Shown here: one piece after another, positions 7,102-14,740 of the stretch
Position numbering within the stretch: the stretch's first letter is position 1
How the letters are laid out: the number at the start of each line of letters is the position of its first letter
Origin: a virus
Lineage: Duplodnaviria > Caudoviricetes
Length of the DNA stretch: 24,673 bases
Virus record (IMG/VR): IMGVR_UViG_3300020727_000729
Coordinates: 1-24,673 of that record
Reading direction: 5' to 3' (one strand)
The notes under the pieces: model-generated
Told to the model about the DNA's origin: nothing
Databases searched by the model: none
What the model saw: the letters and a program-made list of their open reading frames with translations, nothing else
Program-made: the position numbers and the translations under genes

Positions 7102-8274
7102 ATGACAATGCAACTTACGTCACACCAGCTTATAACTAAACCTAGAACAGTGACCTGTTATGCTGATGTAGTAAATAATCAGTTTCACAAAAGTCAAAGT
7201 CATTATGTCGATCTTACAACAAGATTGTCGGAACATTTGGCAGATGAAAATAAGAAATATCTGCTAGAGGATTCTATCAAAAATTTTAAACTGATGAATC
7301 CTACAGTGCATAATTGGTCTAATATTTCTCTTTGTAGGGCGCAATCGACCTCATTAGATAAAATTATGATCGATGTTACATTGCAAAGAATGTTAGATTT
7401 TAAGCATGCCATTAACATTTTAGATCATTTTTGGCAAATTCTAGTAATGCCTATTTGTGTCTATGAAGAACCGGCGTGTCCTGGAAAATATGTTTGCTGG
7501 GATGGGCAGCATACTGCCATCGTTTTGTTGATGATTGCAAAGCACGTTCTAGGCGAATCTAATCTAAATAATATTCGAATTCCTGTTGTAGTTTATCCAA
7601 GTACTATGAAGAGTGATATGCGTCAATGCTTCATTACTCTTAACGGCGAGGGGAAGAAACCCTTAGATGACATCGATAAGTTTCATCAAAAAGTTTTTGG
7701 TGTTCGCACTGACGGGAGTACTAATCCAGATTGGATACTGAATGAGAAAAAACAACAAGCATTAGAAAATGCAAAGATGTTTGCTACAAACGAAAAATTT
7801 GGAGATATTAAAGAACCCGGTGCACTTACTCGTTTGAAGGAGTTGACAAATCTTACTTATGATTTGTCTGTAACTGAAAATTTTTGTAAATATTTTAAAT
7901 CTATGTGCAATAGCAGTCGGCCAGTTCAACCTAAAGAAAGTTGGTTGCTTTATGACTTTTTCAACCTTTGCAATAATGCAAAAATTACAGTAGACGATCA
8001 GTATATTAAAGGAATCACCGATAGTATTAGGAAAGCCTTTAACGGTCAAGACATTGATGTAATTTACCTTTCACATAAGGCTAAGTTAAGCTATCAAGAA
8101 TGGTGGAGACTAAACAAGCCCAATCCGGACGGTACCCTTTGGGGGATTAACTACCCTACTGAAGAGAAAAGGACTCAGGTTTTCTTCTTAGCACAGCTTC
8201 GAAAAAACTTTACAGGCGCTCTTCCTAATTTTAGGAATCCTCCCTGGATTGTTCCTTCAGCAGATCTTCTATAA
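7102..8274 (+). CDS. ParB/Srx-superfamily (DGQH-motif) protein
   Basis: QR motif (TLQRML), PICVYE, YVCWDGQHT, IPVVVY and FITLN resemble the ParB-like/DGQHR core. Confidence 0.6.
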   Translation: MTMQLTSHQLITKPRTVTCYADVVNNQFHKSQSHYVDLTTRLSEHLADENKKYLLEDSIKNFKLMNPTVHNWSNISLCRAQSTSLDKIMIDVTLQRMLDFKHAINILDHFWQILVMPICVYEEPACPGKYVCWDGQHTAIVLLMIAKHVLGESNLNNIRIPVVVYPSTMKSDMRQCFITLNGEGKKPLDDIDKFHQKVFGVRTDGSTNPDWILNEKKQQALENAKMFATNEKFGDIKEPGALTRLKELTNLTYDLSVTENFCKYFKSMCNSSRPVQPKESWLLYDFFNLCNNAKITVDDQYIKGITDSIRKAFNGQDIDVIYLSHKAKLSYQEWWRLNKPNPDGTLWGINYPTEEKRTQVFFLAQLRKNFTGALPNFRNPPWIVPSADLL

Positions 8275-8747
8275 TGAAGGGGTCGATTCGAAAACCCGAA
8301 GATGATTTGAGAAAGTCTTTATCTCAAATCAAAGAACAACGCACAAATGAGAAAGTATGTATCCTAGAAGGATGTGACAATCCGATCACAACATTTAAAG
8401 GTCCGGGCGATAAACATCTTTGTAGAGAACACCAAATACAACAAAGAGAATACGGGGGAATGGGCAGAGTCGATAGACCGCATTCCTTTGCTAGAGAATG
8501 GTGCTGTAATTGGTGTGGTTATACTCCGAAAGATGATCCTTGGTTTGATGAGCAAGTTTGGGATGACGAACTACATAAAATCAGAGCAATGAGATCTACT
8601 TTAATCGGTGATCATACTGAACGAAAAGTTGAAGGCGGTAGTGATAGCAAAGATAACGTTCAAACTCTTTGCAGGGTGTGCGATGCTAAAAAGACCGTGT
8701 TAAATAAAGATTATCAAAAAATGTCAGTGACAATTAGTACTGAATAA
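8274..8747 (+). CDS. HNH endonuclease with zinc-binding motifs
   Basis: CILEGC...LCREH N-terminal finger; CNWCG...DH.ERKVEGGSD..DNVQTLCRVCDAKKT HNH core; TAATG overlap with the upstream gene. Confidence 0.8.
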   Translation: MKGSIRKPEDDLRKSLSQIKEQRTNEKVCILEGCDNPITTFKGPGDKHLCREHQIQQREYGGMGRVDRPHSFAREWCCNWCGYTPKDDPWFDEQVWDDELHKIRAMRSTLIGDHTERKVEGGSDSKDNVQTLCRVCDAKKTVLNKDYQKMSVTISTE

Positions 8748-8879
8748 ATATTACTACAGTCCGGCAACACTGAATTTCAGTGCAACAGGTATAGCTAGGA
8801 TTTACTAGTGAACCCATTAGACGTATTAGGGTACGGGCATCACGGTGTGAAAAGCACCAACTTTTGAAAGGAAATGAAA

Positions 8880-9257
8880 ATGGCATAGATTACTGAACAA
8901 ACTGAAGATAAGAATTATTGTTACTGTTTTATTCGAACAGATCTCCCTATTGAACAGCAAATTGTTCAAGCTGCGCATTCTGCACTAGAAGCAGGGCGCG
9001 ATTTAGGCAAGCCTGAATCCACAAGTCACCTTATTCTAATAGGTGTCAAATCAGAACACTCACTGAACAAAGTTTCAGCAGAGTTATCCCAACTAAACAT
9101 CCGCTATCATAAATTTTATGAACCAGACGATGATCGGGGATACACTAGCTTGACCACTGAGCCGCTAGCGCACAGGCATCCATACTTTTTCAAGCATAGC
9201 CTGTACACTTACAAGCCACAAAAATCATACAGCATTCTAGACGAACAGTTCATTTAA
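8880..9257 (+). CDS. PTH2-family (peptidyl-tRNA hydrolase 2/PTRHD1-like) protein with in-frame TAG at codon 3; not in ORF track
   Basis: AAAGGA RBS 7 nt before ATG 8880; ATG GCA TAG then 122 open codons: ITEQTEDKNYCYCFIRTDLPIEQQIVQAAHSALEAG...HLILIGVKSEHSL..VSAELSQLNIRYHKFYEPDDDRGYTSLTTEP..., matching the RxDL...QxxHA, hydrophobic strand and T-x-x-x-x-x-P pattern of the PTH2 fold. Confidence 0.75.
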
Positions 9258-9268
9258 GGAGATACATC

Positions 9269-9532
9269 ATGAACGAATTTAATTTTACCAATCGCGAAAC
9301 TTACCTTGCCTTCCGTGCAGAATGGAAGAAGGAATACAACAACCTCTCAAATAACATTAGAGAACTTAAAGCAAAACACACTGCAGAAGTTAAAAGCAAT
9401 CTAGGCGGACACACTGTTTATAAGCTGATTACAGCACGGAAACAAGCTACTGCTATGCTACTGCTACTTGCAGATGCTAAAGTGCTGTCTGCGCAGCAAT
9501 GGTCTGCTGCTCGCCAAGGAGAAGCAGCATGA
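9269..9532 (+). CDS. Hypothetical helical phage protein
   Basis: AAGGAG RBS overlapping the stop of the PTH2-like gene; 87 aa, coiled-coil-like. Confidence 0.8.
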   Translation: MNEFNFTNRETYLAFRAEWKKEYNNLSNNIRELKAKHTAEVKSNLGGHTVYKLITARKQATAMLLLLADAKVLSAQQWSAARQGEAA

Positions 9533-10107
9533 TCGAATTAGCATGTAAAGATGTAGTGTTTCATTTCAACAAAGGACATTTAACTGATCCGACTATTCCT
9601 ATGTGGGTTGTTAAAACACAGGGGAAAACCTACTATGTGGAACACGTTGAATGTACAGTTCCGTGGTCCACTAAAGAAACTCCGGACAATCCTAGCACTA
9701 AAGGCAGTATCAAAGTTAAAGATTGTTTGCTTGTCATTGATAAAGATAACTGTGCTAATATCACCAAACTTACTGAACATGATAAAATCCGACTCAATAA
9801 CGAAGCTAAGGGTATTACTCGCATAATTTATGGGGCTAACACAAAAACTGATGTCGAATCGTCTATTAAACAAACCAATGTTAAACATGGACCATTTAAG
9901 AAAATCGGTGGTAGATGCGGTAGTACATTTTATGTAACTGACATTATGAATAAACCGTCGCTCACAATGCTATCGTTGACTGCGGGAGATAAATTTCGTA
10001 TACTAATGCCTAACGAGCAGTATTATCAAGATTACGACGATCCTAATCATGATCCTGATTGGTATTGGAAGGATGAAGAAAATGACGGTAACGAAGACGA
10101 AGATTAA
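9529..10107 (+). CDS. Hypothetical phage protein
   Basis: Likely start MIELACK at 9529 (ATGA overlap, AAGGAG RBS); acidic C-terminal tail. Confidence 0.75.
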   Translation: MIELACKDVVFHFNKGHLTDPTIPMWVVKTQGKTYYVEHVECTVPWSTKETPDNPSTKGSIKVKDCLLVIDKDNCANITKLTEHDKIRLNNEAKGITRIIYGANTKTDVESSIKQTNVKHGPFKKIGGRCGSTFYVTDIMNKPSLTMLSLTAGDKFRILMPNEQYYQDYDDPNHDPDWYWKDEENDGNEDED

Positions 10108-10279
10108 AGTTCCGTGGGAACACTTACGTGAGGTGAACAAGGCATTAAAAGCATCCGGTGTAAAATTTTATCCATTTAAAAGCTATGGATCAGTGCATCA
10201 CATAGAATTTGAGCCCGCAGATCATCCGCTGGTAACATTTTTGCTTTTGAAGTTCGATGGAGTTGAAGTATTAAGTTGA
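10082..10279 (+). CDS. Small hypothetical protein (FLLLKF motif family)
   Basis: Fills the gap before the next promoter; start uncertain (10073 or 10082). Confidence 0.6.
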   Translation: MTVTKTKIKVPWEHLREVNKALKASGVKFYPFKSYGSVHHIEFEPADHPLVTFLLLKFDGVEVLS

Positions 10280-10304
10280 CTTCAACACCGTTAACTGCTA
10301 TAAT
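10276..10304 (+). promoter_or_regulatory. sigma70-type promoter with extended -10
   Basis: TTGACT, 17 nt, TG-C-TATAAT. Confidence 0.75.
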
Positions 10305-10326
10305 AGTGAATAAAGGAAATTAATTT

Positions 10327-10854
10327 ATGGCAAAGCATTTAATGTTCGACCTTGAAACTATGGCTACTAGTCCTCGGGCTGTGATCCTTACGCTAGGTGC
10401 AGTTACGTTTGATCCGTTCACTGACGAGATCTTTGATGAAATGTATTTTAGAATTGATATCGATGCACAGTCCGAACTAGGACGCGAAATCAATGAGGAT
10501 ACTTTGGACTGGTGGGGAAAGCAAGATCCTGAGATTATGTTAGAAGCATTCAGTGATGATGATCGACTTCCTCTAGACCAAGCAATGGACAAGTTCCATA
10601 AGTTTGCCTGGGGATGCGACAAGGTTTGGTCACACGGTGCAGTTTTTGATATTATCATTATCGAAGATTTGCTTGCTCAAATGAAGCGAACTGTTCCTTG
10701 GAAGTTTTGGGATTGTCGAGATACACGAACGTTGTTCGATCTTGCTGATGCTGACATGCCGCAGTCTGCAAAGCACAACGCACTAGAGGACGCAAAGCGC
10801 CAGGCTATTGGTGTGCAGAATGTAATGCGTAAGTTAGGACGTTCTAGAATCTAA
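10327..10854 (+). CDS. DEDDh 3'-5' exonuclease/exoribonuclease (Rv2179c/RNase AS-like)
   Basis: HLMFDLET (ExoI), VWSHGAVFD (ExoII), RDTRT, HNALEDA..QA (ExoIII). Confidence 0.85.
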   Translation: MAKHLMFDLETMATSPRAVILTLGAVTFDPFTDEIFDEMYFRIDIDAQSELGREINEDTLDWWGKQDPEIMLEAFSDDDRLPLDQAMDKFHKFAWGCDKVWSHGAVFDIIIIEDLLAQMKRTVPWKFWDCRDTRTLFDLADADMPQSAKHNALEDAKRQAIGVQNVMRKLGRSRI

Positions 10855-11111
10855 TGGATAAGTCTTGGAAAGCCATTAAAATGCCCATGCATAAATGGTA
10901 TCTTTTGTATGCACAGCTTGACAAAGACTACCCTAAAACTCTTAAGTTCAGGGAGCGTACAAAAAATGTACTAGGGTTTACTACACGCGAGCAACATTAT
11001 AGAGATTCTAACGGAAATAACTATGAACATCGCATGTGTTTAGATTTTGTTAATGAACCCAAGCGCACAATGTTTTTGCTGAAATACGGCGATTATTTAG
11101 ATAGGAAATAA
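10854..11111 (+). CDS. Hypothetical protein (TMFLLKY motif family)
   Basis: TAATG coupling to the upstream gene; 85 aa. Confidence 0.7.
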   Translation: MDKSWKAIKMPMHKWYLLYAQLDKDYPKTLKFRERTKNVLGFTTREQHYRDSNGNNYEHRMCLDFVNEPKRTMFLLKYGDYLDRK

Positions 11112-11112
11112 A

Positions 11113-11979
11113 ATGAAAGTTGGATTGGTTTCGGATCTGCATATCAATGTTCAGGATATTGAACTTCCTGGAGGCGATGTGCTAATTGTAGCAGGCGATA
11201 CCCTAGAAATTGGACATCTGCGACTTGCTGAAAACACTGGTCGCAATGTATTTCTTGCTGATCGATATCGCCGCTTTATTAATGAAGAATTTGCCAAATA
11301 CAATCGAGTTATCTACATCTGCGGCAATCATGAATACTATCATGGATACTATGATACTAGTCGCAATGCGTTGAAAGCAGAACTTCCGAGCAATGTGCAT
11401 TTTCTTGAAAATGAATCTGTTGAACTTGATGGGGTTCATTTCTGGGGCGCTACTATGTGGACCAACATGCACGGTGGTAATCCCTTAACCATGGAAACCG
11501 TACAGAATGGGTTGAACGACTTTCGTTTGATTAAATTTGAACATAGCCATCAAAAGAATGGATACTGGACTAGTAGGTTTACCGTACATGATGCTATTCG
11601 AGAGTACAACTATTCTGTGCAGCAATTGAAGAGCTTTCTTGCAGATCATCAGGATGATAAAGTTGTGGTTGTAACACACCACGCTCCTTCTGCATTGAGT
11701 GTCAATCCTAAGTACAAAGAGGATTATCATTTGAATGGTGGATACCATAATCATCTTGAAGAGTTGATCATGGACAATACGCAGATTAAGTTGTTTGTTC
11801 ATGGCCATATGCACGATCCAGTCAGATATTATTTAGGGGATACCTTGGTAGCATGTAATCCTCGGGGTTATTATGGATATGAACTTCAGGCAGAAAATTA
11901 CACTCCAAAAGAAATTGACCTTAATAATCTACCAAGTAAGGATGAAGTTGAGAATGATAGGGACTGGCTTAACCCTTAG
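11113..11979 (+). CDS. Calcineurin-like metallophosphoesterase
   Basis: SDLH, AGD, GNHE, THHAP, HGHMH and NPRGY motifs; the only called gene in the window that ends in TAG. Confidence 0.9.
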   Translation: MKVGLVSDLHINVQDIELPGGDVLIVAGDTLEIGHLRLAENTGRNVFLADRYRRFINEEFAKYNRVIYICGNHEYYHGYYDTSRNALKAELPSNVHFLENESVELDGVHFWGATMWTNMHGGNPLTMETVQNGLNDFRLIKFEHSHQKNGYWTSRFTVHDAIREYNYSVQQLKSFLADHQDDKVVVVTHHAPSALSVNPKYKEDYHLNGGYHNHLEELIMDNTQIKLFVHGHMHDPVRYYLGDTLVACNPRGYYGYELQAENYTPKEIDLNNLPSKDEVENDRDWLNP

Positions 11980-12646
11980 GTAACCTGCCCCTAATAAAAC
12001 TTTGATCAGGCGGAGAGATTGACATTGTTTCGGCCTCCCCGTTATTCCACCAGCAGAACCCTTTAGAATGACCAGTTTTATTAATACCATTGAACGGATT
12101 AAGACGGCCTTTTGAAAATGCTTCTGGAATTGGATCTGATTTAAAAATCATCATTTCAACAACACCATTATTAACCCAATGTTTGGATTTATTAACTTGG
12201 GCACCGAGTTTTGCACCAATGTTGTTAAATTTTAATCGACCCGGTTTATAATCATCGGATGGTGGAATTTCACAATGCAATTGATCATATCCATTATTCC
12301 ACCATCGAGCTTTTTTCTTTTGTTTGGCAACTTCTAGCATTGCAATTTGAAAATTTTCACACATACTAGTGTCACCCCCATCACCGGTTTCTTCTTTTAA
12401 GTTAGCCCACTCGTTGCTTTTCACCACATTCCATAATTTGCTATAATACGAACCCCATTCTTTTAATTCTTCTTTGGAAGAACATTCTTTAATGATTTCG
12501 GTAGTAACATCATATCCGTGCTTTTTTATATGGTTTGTCCAGTAAGACCCCGAACCTTGGTACAAATAAGGGTCTAACGATTGAGTTTTTCCGAGATATT
12601 TCAAACCGGTTTTGTTGTGAGTTTTGACGTACAAATAAATAGTCAT
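11969..12646 (-). CDS. Free-standing homing endonuclease-like protein, GIY-YIG/Seg-like with W(W/V)NNG repeats
   Basis: YLYVKTH..TGLKYLGKT...YQGSG.YW..H; WANLKEETGDGG; three W(W/V)NNG...GRL repeats. Confidence 0.75.
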   Translation of the reverse strand: MTIYLYVKTHNKTGLKYLGKTQSLDPYLYQGSGSYWTNHIKKHGYDVTTEIIKECSSKEELKEWGSYYSKLWNVVKSNEWANLKEETGDGGDTSMCENFQIAMLEVAKQKKKARWWNNGYDQLHCEIPPSDDYKPGRLKFNNIGAKLGAQVNKSKHWVNNGVVEMMIFKSDPIPEAFSKGRLNPFNGINKTGHSKGFCWWNNGEAETMSISPPDQSFIRGRLPKG

Positions 12647-12718
12647 GCTGATAGTTCCTTTACAACTGTTAGAGCAAGCGGATGATCCCCACCATCGCGG
12701 CTTGCATTTTTATTTATA
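12647..12718 (-). promoter_or_regulatory. Conserved structured leader, copy 2
   Basis: Sense: TATAAATA-aaaat-GCAAGC-CGC-GATGGT-gggg-ATCATC-C-GCTTGC-TCTAA-CAGTT-gtaaagg-AACTA-tcagc-ATG. Confidence 0.75.
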
Positions 12719-12719
12719 C

Positions 12720-12748
12720 TTGACTATTCTCGCATCTTGCTTTATACT
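12720..12748 (+). promoter_or_regulatory. sigma70-type promoter
   Basis: TTGACT, 17 nt, TATACT, back-to-back with the minus-strand late box. Confidence 0.65.
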
Positions 12749-12775
12749 AATGAAATTAAACTAGATGAGAGCTTT

Positions 12776-12934
12776 ATGACTAGTCTTAAAATCAGTCACG
12801 ACAGATATTTTCAACTGAAAGATAGCATAGAACAAGAGAACCTTTTGTGGATGGCAGATCGTGAGACCGGAGACGTTACATTGTTTTTCACTAATTTAGG
12901 TGACGACTTACTTTTTCTATTGAGGTGGTCATAA
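12776..12934 (+). CDS. Small hypothetical protein (FLLRW motif family)
   Basis: Likely ATG at 12776 because the track start lies inside the promoter; ends LLFLLRWS. Confidence 0.6.
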   Translation: MTSLKISHDRYFQLKDSIEQENLLWMADRETGDVTLFFTNLGDDLLFLLRWS

Positions 12935-12935
12935 C

Positions 12936-13235
12936 ATGAAATACAAATTTATCGGATGGTGTCGAGAAGGTACTAGTGATAAAGTATGGGGTGTCATACC
13001 TCTCAACACAGAAACATACTTGAACGATGCAAGCTATGTGGTATTTTGGGGACGTAGAGGCAAAAAACTACAAACTAAAATACTCAAAGATTCTGTATGG
13101 GGAATAGTGAACAAAATCGATTCTAAAAAAGAGCGCGGCTATATTGAGGTTGACACAGATAAACTCGATGAGTTATATCCCGAGTTTGAAAGTGATTTAA
13201 GTAAAACTGCAATGTGGGCAATGCTAAAATTATGA
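12936..13235 (+). CDS. WGR-domain-like protein
   Basis: EGTSDKVWG...VVFWGRRGKKLQ...KKERGY pattern. Confidence 0.55.
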   Translation: MKYKFIGWCREGTSDKVWGVIPLNTETYLNDASYVVFWGRRGKKLQTKILKDSVWGIVNKIDSKKERGYIEVDTDKLDELYPEFESDLSKTAMWAMLKL

Positions 13236-13441
13236 CGAGACTGCAATTGAATGTTGAATATCATGTTGTCGAATTTAATACCGGAGTACCATTTCCTAAT
13301 GAAGTGTTTACATGGTTAAATGATACATTAGGTGATGGTAAGGACGGTCGTTGGATGTTGCATTATCCAACTTTATATTTTAAAAACGCCGTCGATCATT
13401 TGATGTTTACTATAAGATGGTCAAGTCATGAAGATAACTAA
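13232..13441 (+). CDS. Small hypothetical protein (MFTIRW motif family)
   Basis: ATGA overlap at 13232; WL...RW...YF....D.LMFTIRWS. Confidence 0.65.
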   Translation: MTRLQLNVEYHVVEFNTGVPFPNEVFTWLNDTLGDGKDGRWMLHYPTLYFKNAVDHLMFTIRWSSHEDN

Positions 13442-13652
13442 AATGCCTTTTGAAAATCATGTGTATCTAATATCGGATGTATATGAAAATGTAGAAATTA
13501 ACAAAGGTCACCTGCTGCGATTAACTGACGAAGGGCGCGAGTTTCAAACTTGGTTAGAAACTTGTATTCGTGGAAAATACCATAATGTAGGTGTAGGGAT
13601 GATTAAAATTAATCCTGAAGTTGAATCTTTATTTGTACTGAAATGGATTTAA
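13428..13652 (+). CDS. Small hypothetical protein (FVLKW motif family)
   Basis: Overlaps the previous ORF by 14 nt; ends SLFVLKWI. Confidence 0.65.
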   Translation: MKITKMPFENHVYLISDVYENVEINKGHLLRLTDEGREFQTWLETCIRGKYHNVGVGMIKINPEVESLFVLKWI

Positions 13653-14134
13653 ATCTTTTTGCATTTATCTCCGTGATATCGATAAAAATTTACATTATCG
13701 ATATCCTTGAAACAATGAGGACACATTGATCTAGGTCGTTTCCTGCCTTTTAATTTACTACTAGATCCAGCAATACCTTGTTTCCTAGGAGAGTGCGTTT
13801 TATGTGCTTGTTTCTTTCCTTTATTGTGTGCAGGTGTTCCGGGAGGAGTCCCGTCTAATCCATTTTCTTCTTTAAGATTTGCCCAGTTCTTAGATTCGAC
13901 TATCATGTTCTTTTTAGAAAAATTAAGAGCATATTCTATTAATTCCTGTTGATCTGTAAACAATTGGCTCCATATAGTTGAAACATTATTTCCATGTTTT
14001 TTTAGATGACGTAGCCAATAAATTCCCGATCCTTTATATTTTATAGGATCACTAACAGTAGTTTTACCAAAATATTTTAAACCGGTGATATTATGTTGTT
14101 TTATGTAAAGCCAAGTTGGCTTATAAATATTCAT
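13649..14134 (-). CDS. Free-standing homing endonuclease-like protein, GIY-YIG/Seg-like
   Basis: Likely start MNIYKPTWLYIKQH at 14134 (AAGGA RBS); TGLKYFGKT...YKGSG.YW..H; WANLKEENGLDG; C-terminal CPHC...HGDKCK. Confidence 0.75.
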   Translation of the reverse strand: MNIYKPTWLYIKQHNITGLKYFGKTTVSDPIKYKGSGIYWLRHLKKHGNNVSTIWSQLFTDQQELIEYALNFSKKNMIVESKNWANLKEENGLDGTPPGTPAHNKGKKQAHKTHSPRKQGIAGSSSKLKGRKRPRSMCPHCFKDIDNVNFYRYHGDKCKKI

Positions 14135-14205
14135 ACTGATAGTTCCTTCTAAACTGTTAGAGCGAATGGACAATCCCCACTGTCGCGATTCGCAACAATA
14201 TTTAT
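14135..14205 (-). promoter_or_regulatory. Conserved structured leader, copy 3
   Basis: Sense: ATAAATA-ttgtt-GCGAAT-CGC-GACAGT-gggg-ATTGTC-C-ATTCGC-TCTAA-CAGTT-tagaagg-AACTA-tcagt-ATG. Confidence 0.75.
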
Positions 14206-14212
14206 TATTCTC

Positions 14213-14246
14213 TTTACTTTCGATAATTTATCTAGTATAATAAATA
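14213..14246 (+). promoter_or_regulatory. Overlapping sigma70-type promoter and late-like box upstream of hsp20
   Basis: TTTACT, 17 nt, TATAAT (14236-14241) overlapping ATAAATA (14240-14246). Confidence 0.5.
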
Positions 14247-14248
14247 AA

Positions 14249-14299
14249 ATTAGAGAATGCCTATTATAGGGTCCTCTAATTCACTTGCTTATAAAGGAG
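14249..14299 (+). promoter_or_regulatory. ROSE-like RNA thermometer candidate in the hsp20 leader
   Basis: Hairpin ATTAGAG..CCTA-TTA-TAGG..CTCTAAT, then CTTGCTT-ATA-AAGGAG in which UUGCU pairs with the SD with a bulged G. Confidence 0.5.
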
Positions 14300-14306
14300 A
14301 AACACA

Positions 14307-14732
14307 ATGAATCAACTAACTCGTTTTGACACCAATGCCCTCGCTAGAACACTTGTAGGGTTCGACTCAATTTTTAACGATTTTGAACATCGTTTTGCTA
14401 ATCAGCTTGCAACTAACTATCCACCGTACAACGTACTAAAGCACAGTGAAGATCTTTACGAAGTTCAAATTGCTGTAGCCGGATTTAGTCGCGACGAAAT
14501 TGAAGTCACCCTCGAAAATAATCAACTTCAGATCAAAGGAACAAAGATTGAAGAAGTAGATGCTCCAGAGTATCTGCATCGAGGTCTTGCTGCTCGTAAC
14601 TTTGAACGTAGCTTTACTCTAGGACAGTACCTTGAGGTTGATCGTGTCGAACTAAAGGACGGGTTGTTAATTGTTAAGTTGGAACGTAATATTCCAGATA
14701 CAATGAAACCGCGTAAAATCGCAATTAGATAA
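14307..14732 (+). CDS. hsp20: Small heat-shock protein, Hsp20/IbpA-like
   Basis: NYPPYNV, IAVAGF, YLHRGLAARNFERSF, LKDGLL and C-terminal PRKIAI motifs. Confidence 0.95.
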   Translation: MNQLTRFDTNALARTLVGFDSIFNDFEHRFANQLATNYPPYNVLKHSEDLYEVQIAVAGFSRDEIEVTLENNQLQIKGTKIEEVDAPEYLHRGLAARNFERSFTLGQYLEVDRVELKDGLLIVKLERNIPDTMKPRKIAIR

Positions 14733-14740
14733 TTAATCTC

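Noticed and set aside
5974-7113. 379-aa minus-strand ORF
   Set aside because: Antisense shadow of the AAA ATPase, with no motifs and no RBS.
3219-14134. Group I introns or inteins housing the endonucleases
   Set aside because: Flanking genes are complete, the endonucleases are antisense and intergenic, and no intron core or intein motifs are visible.
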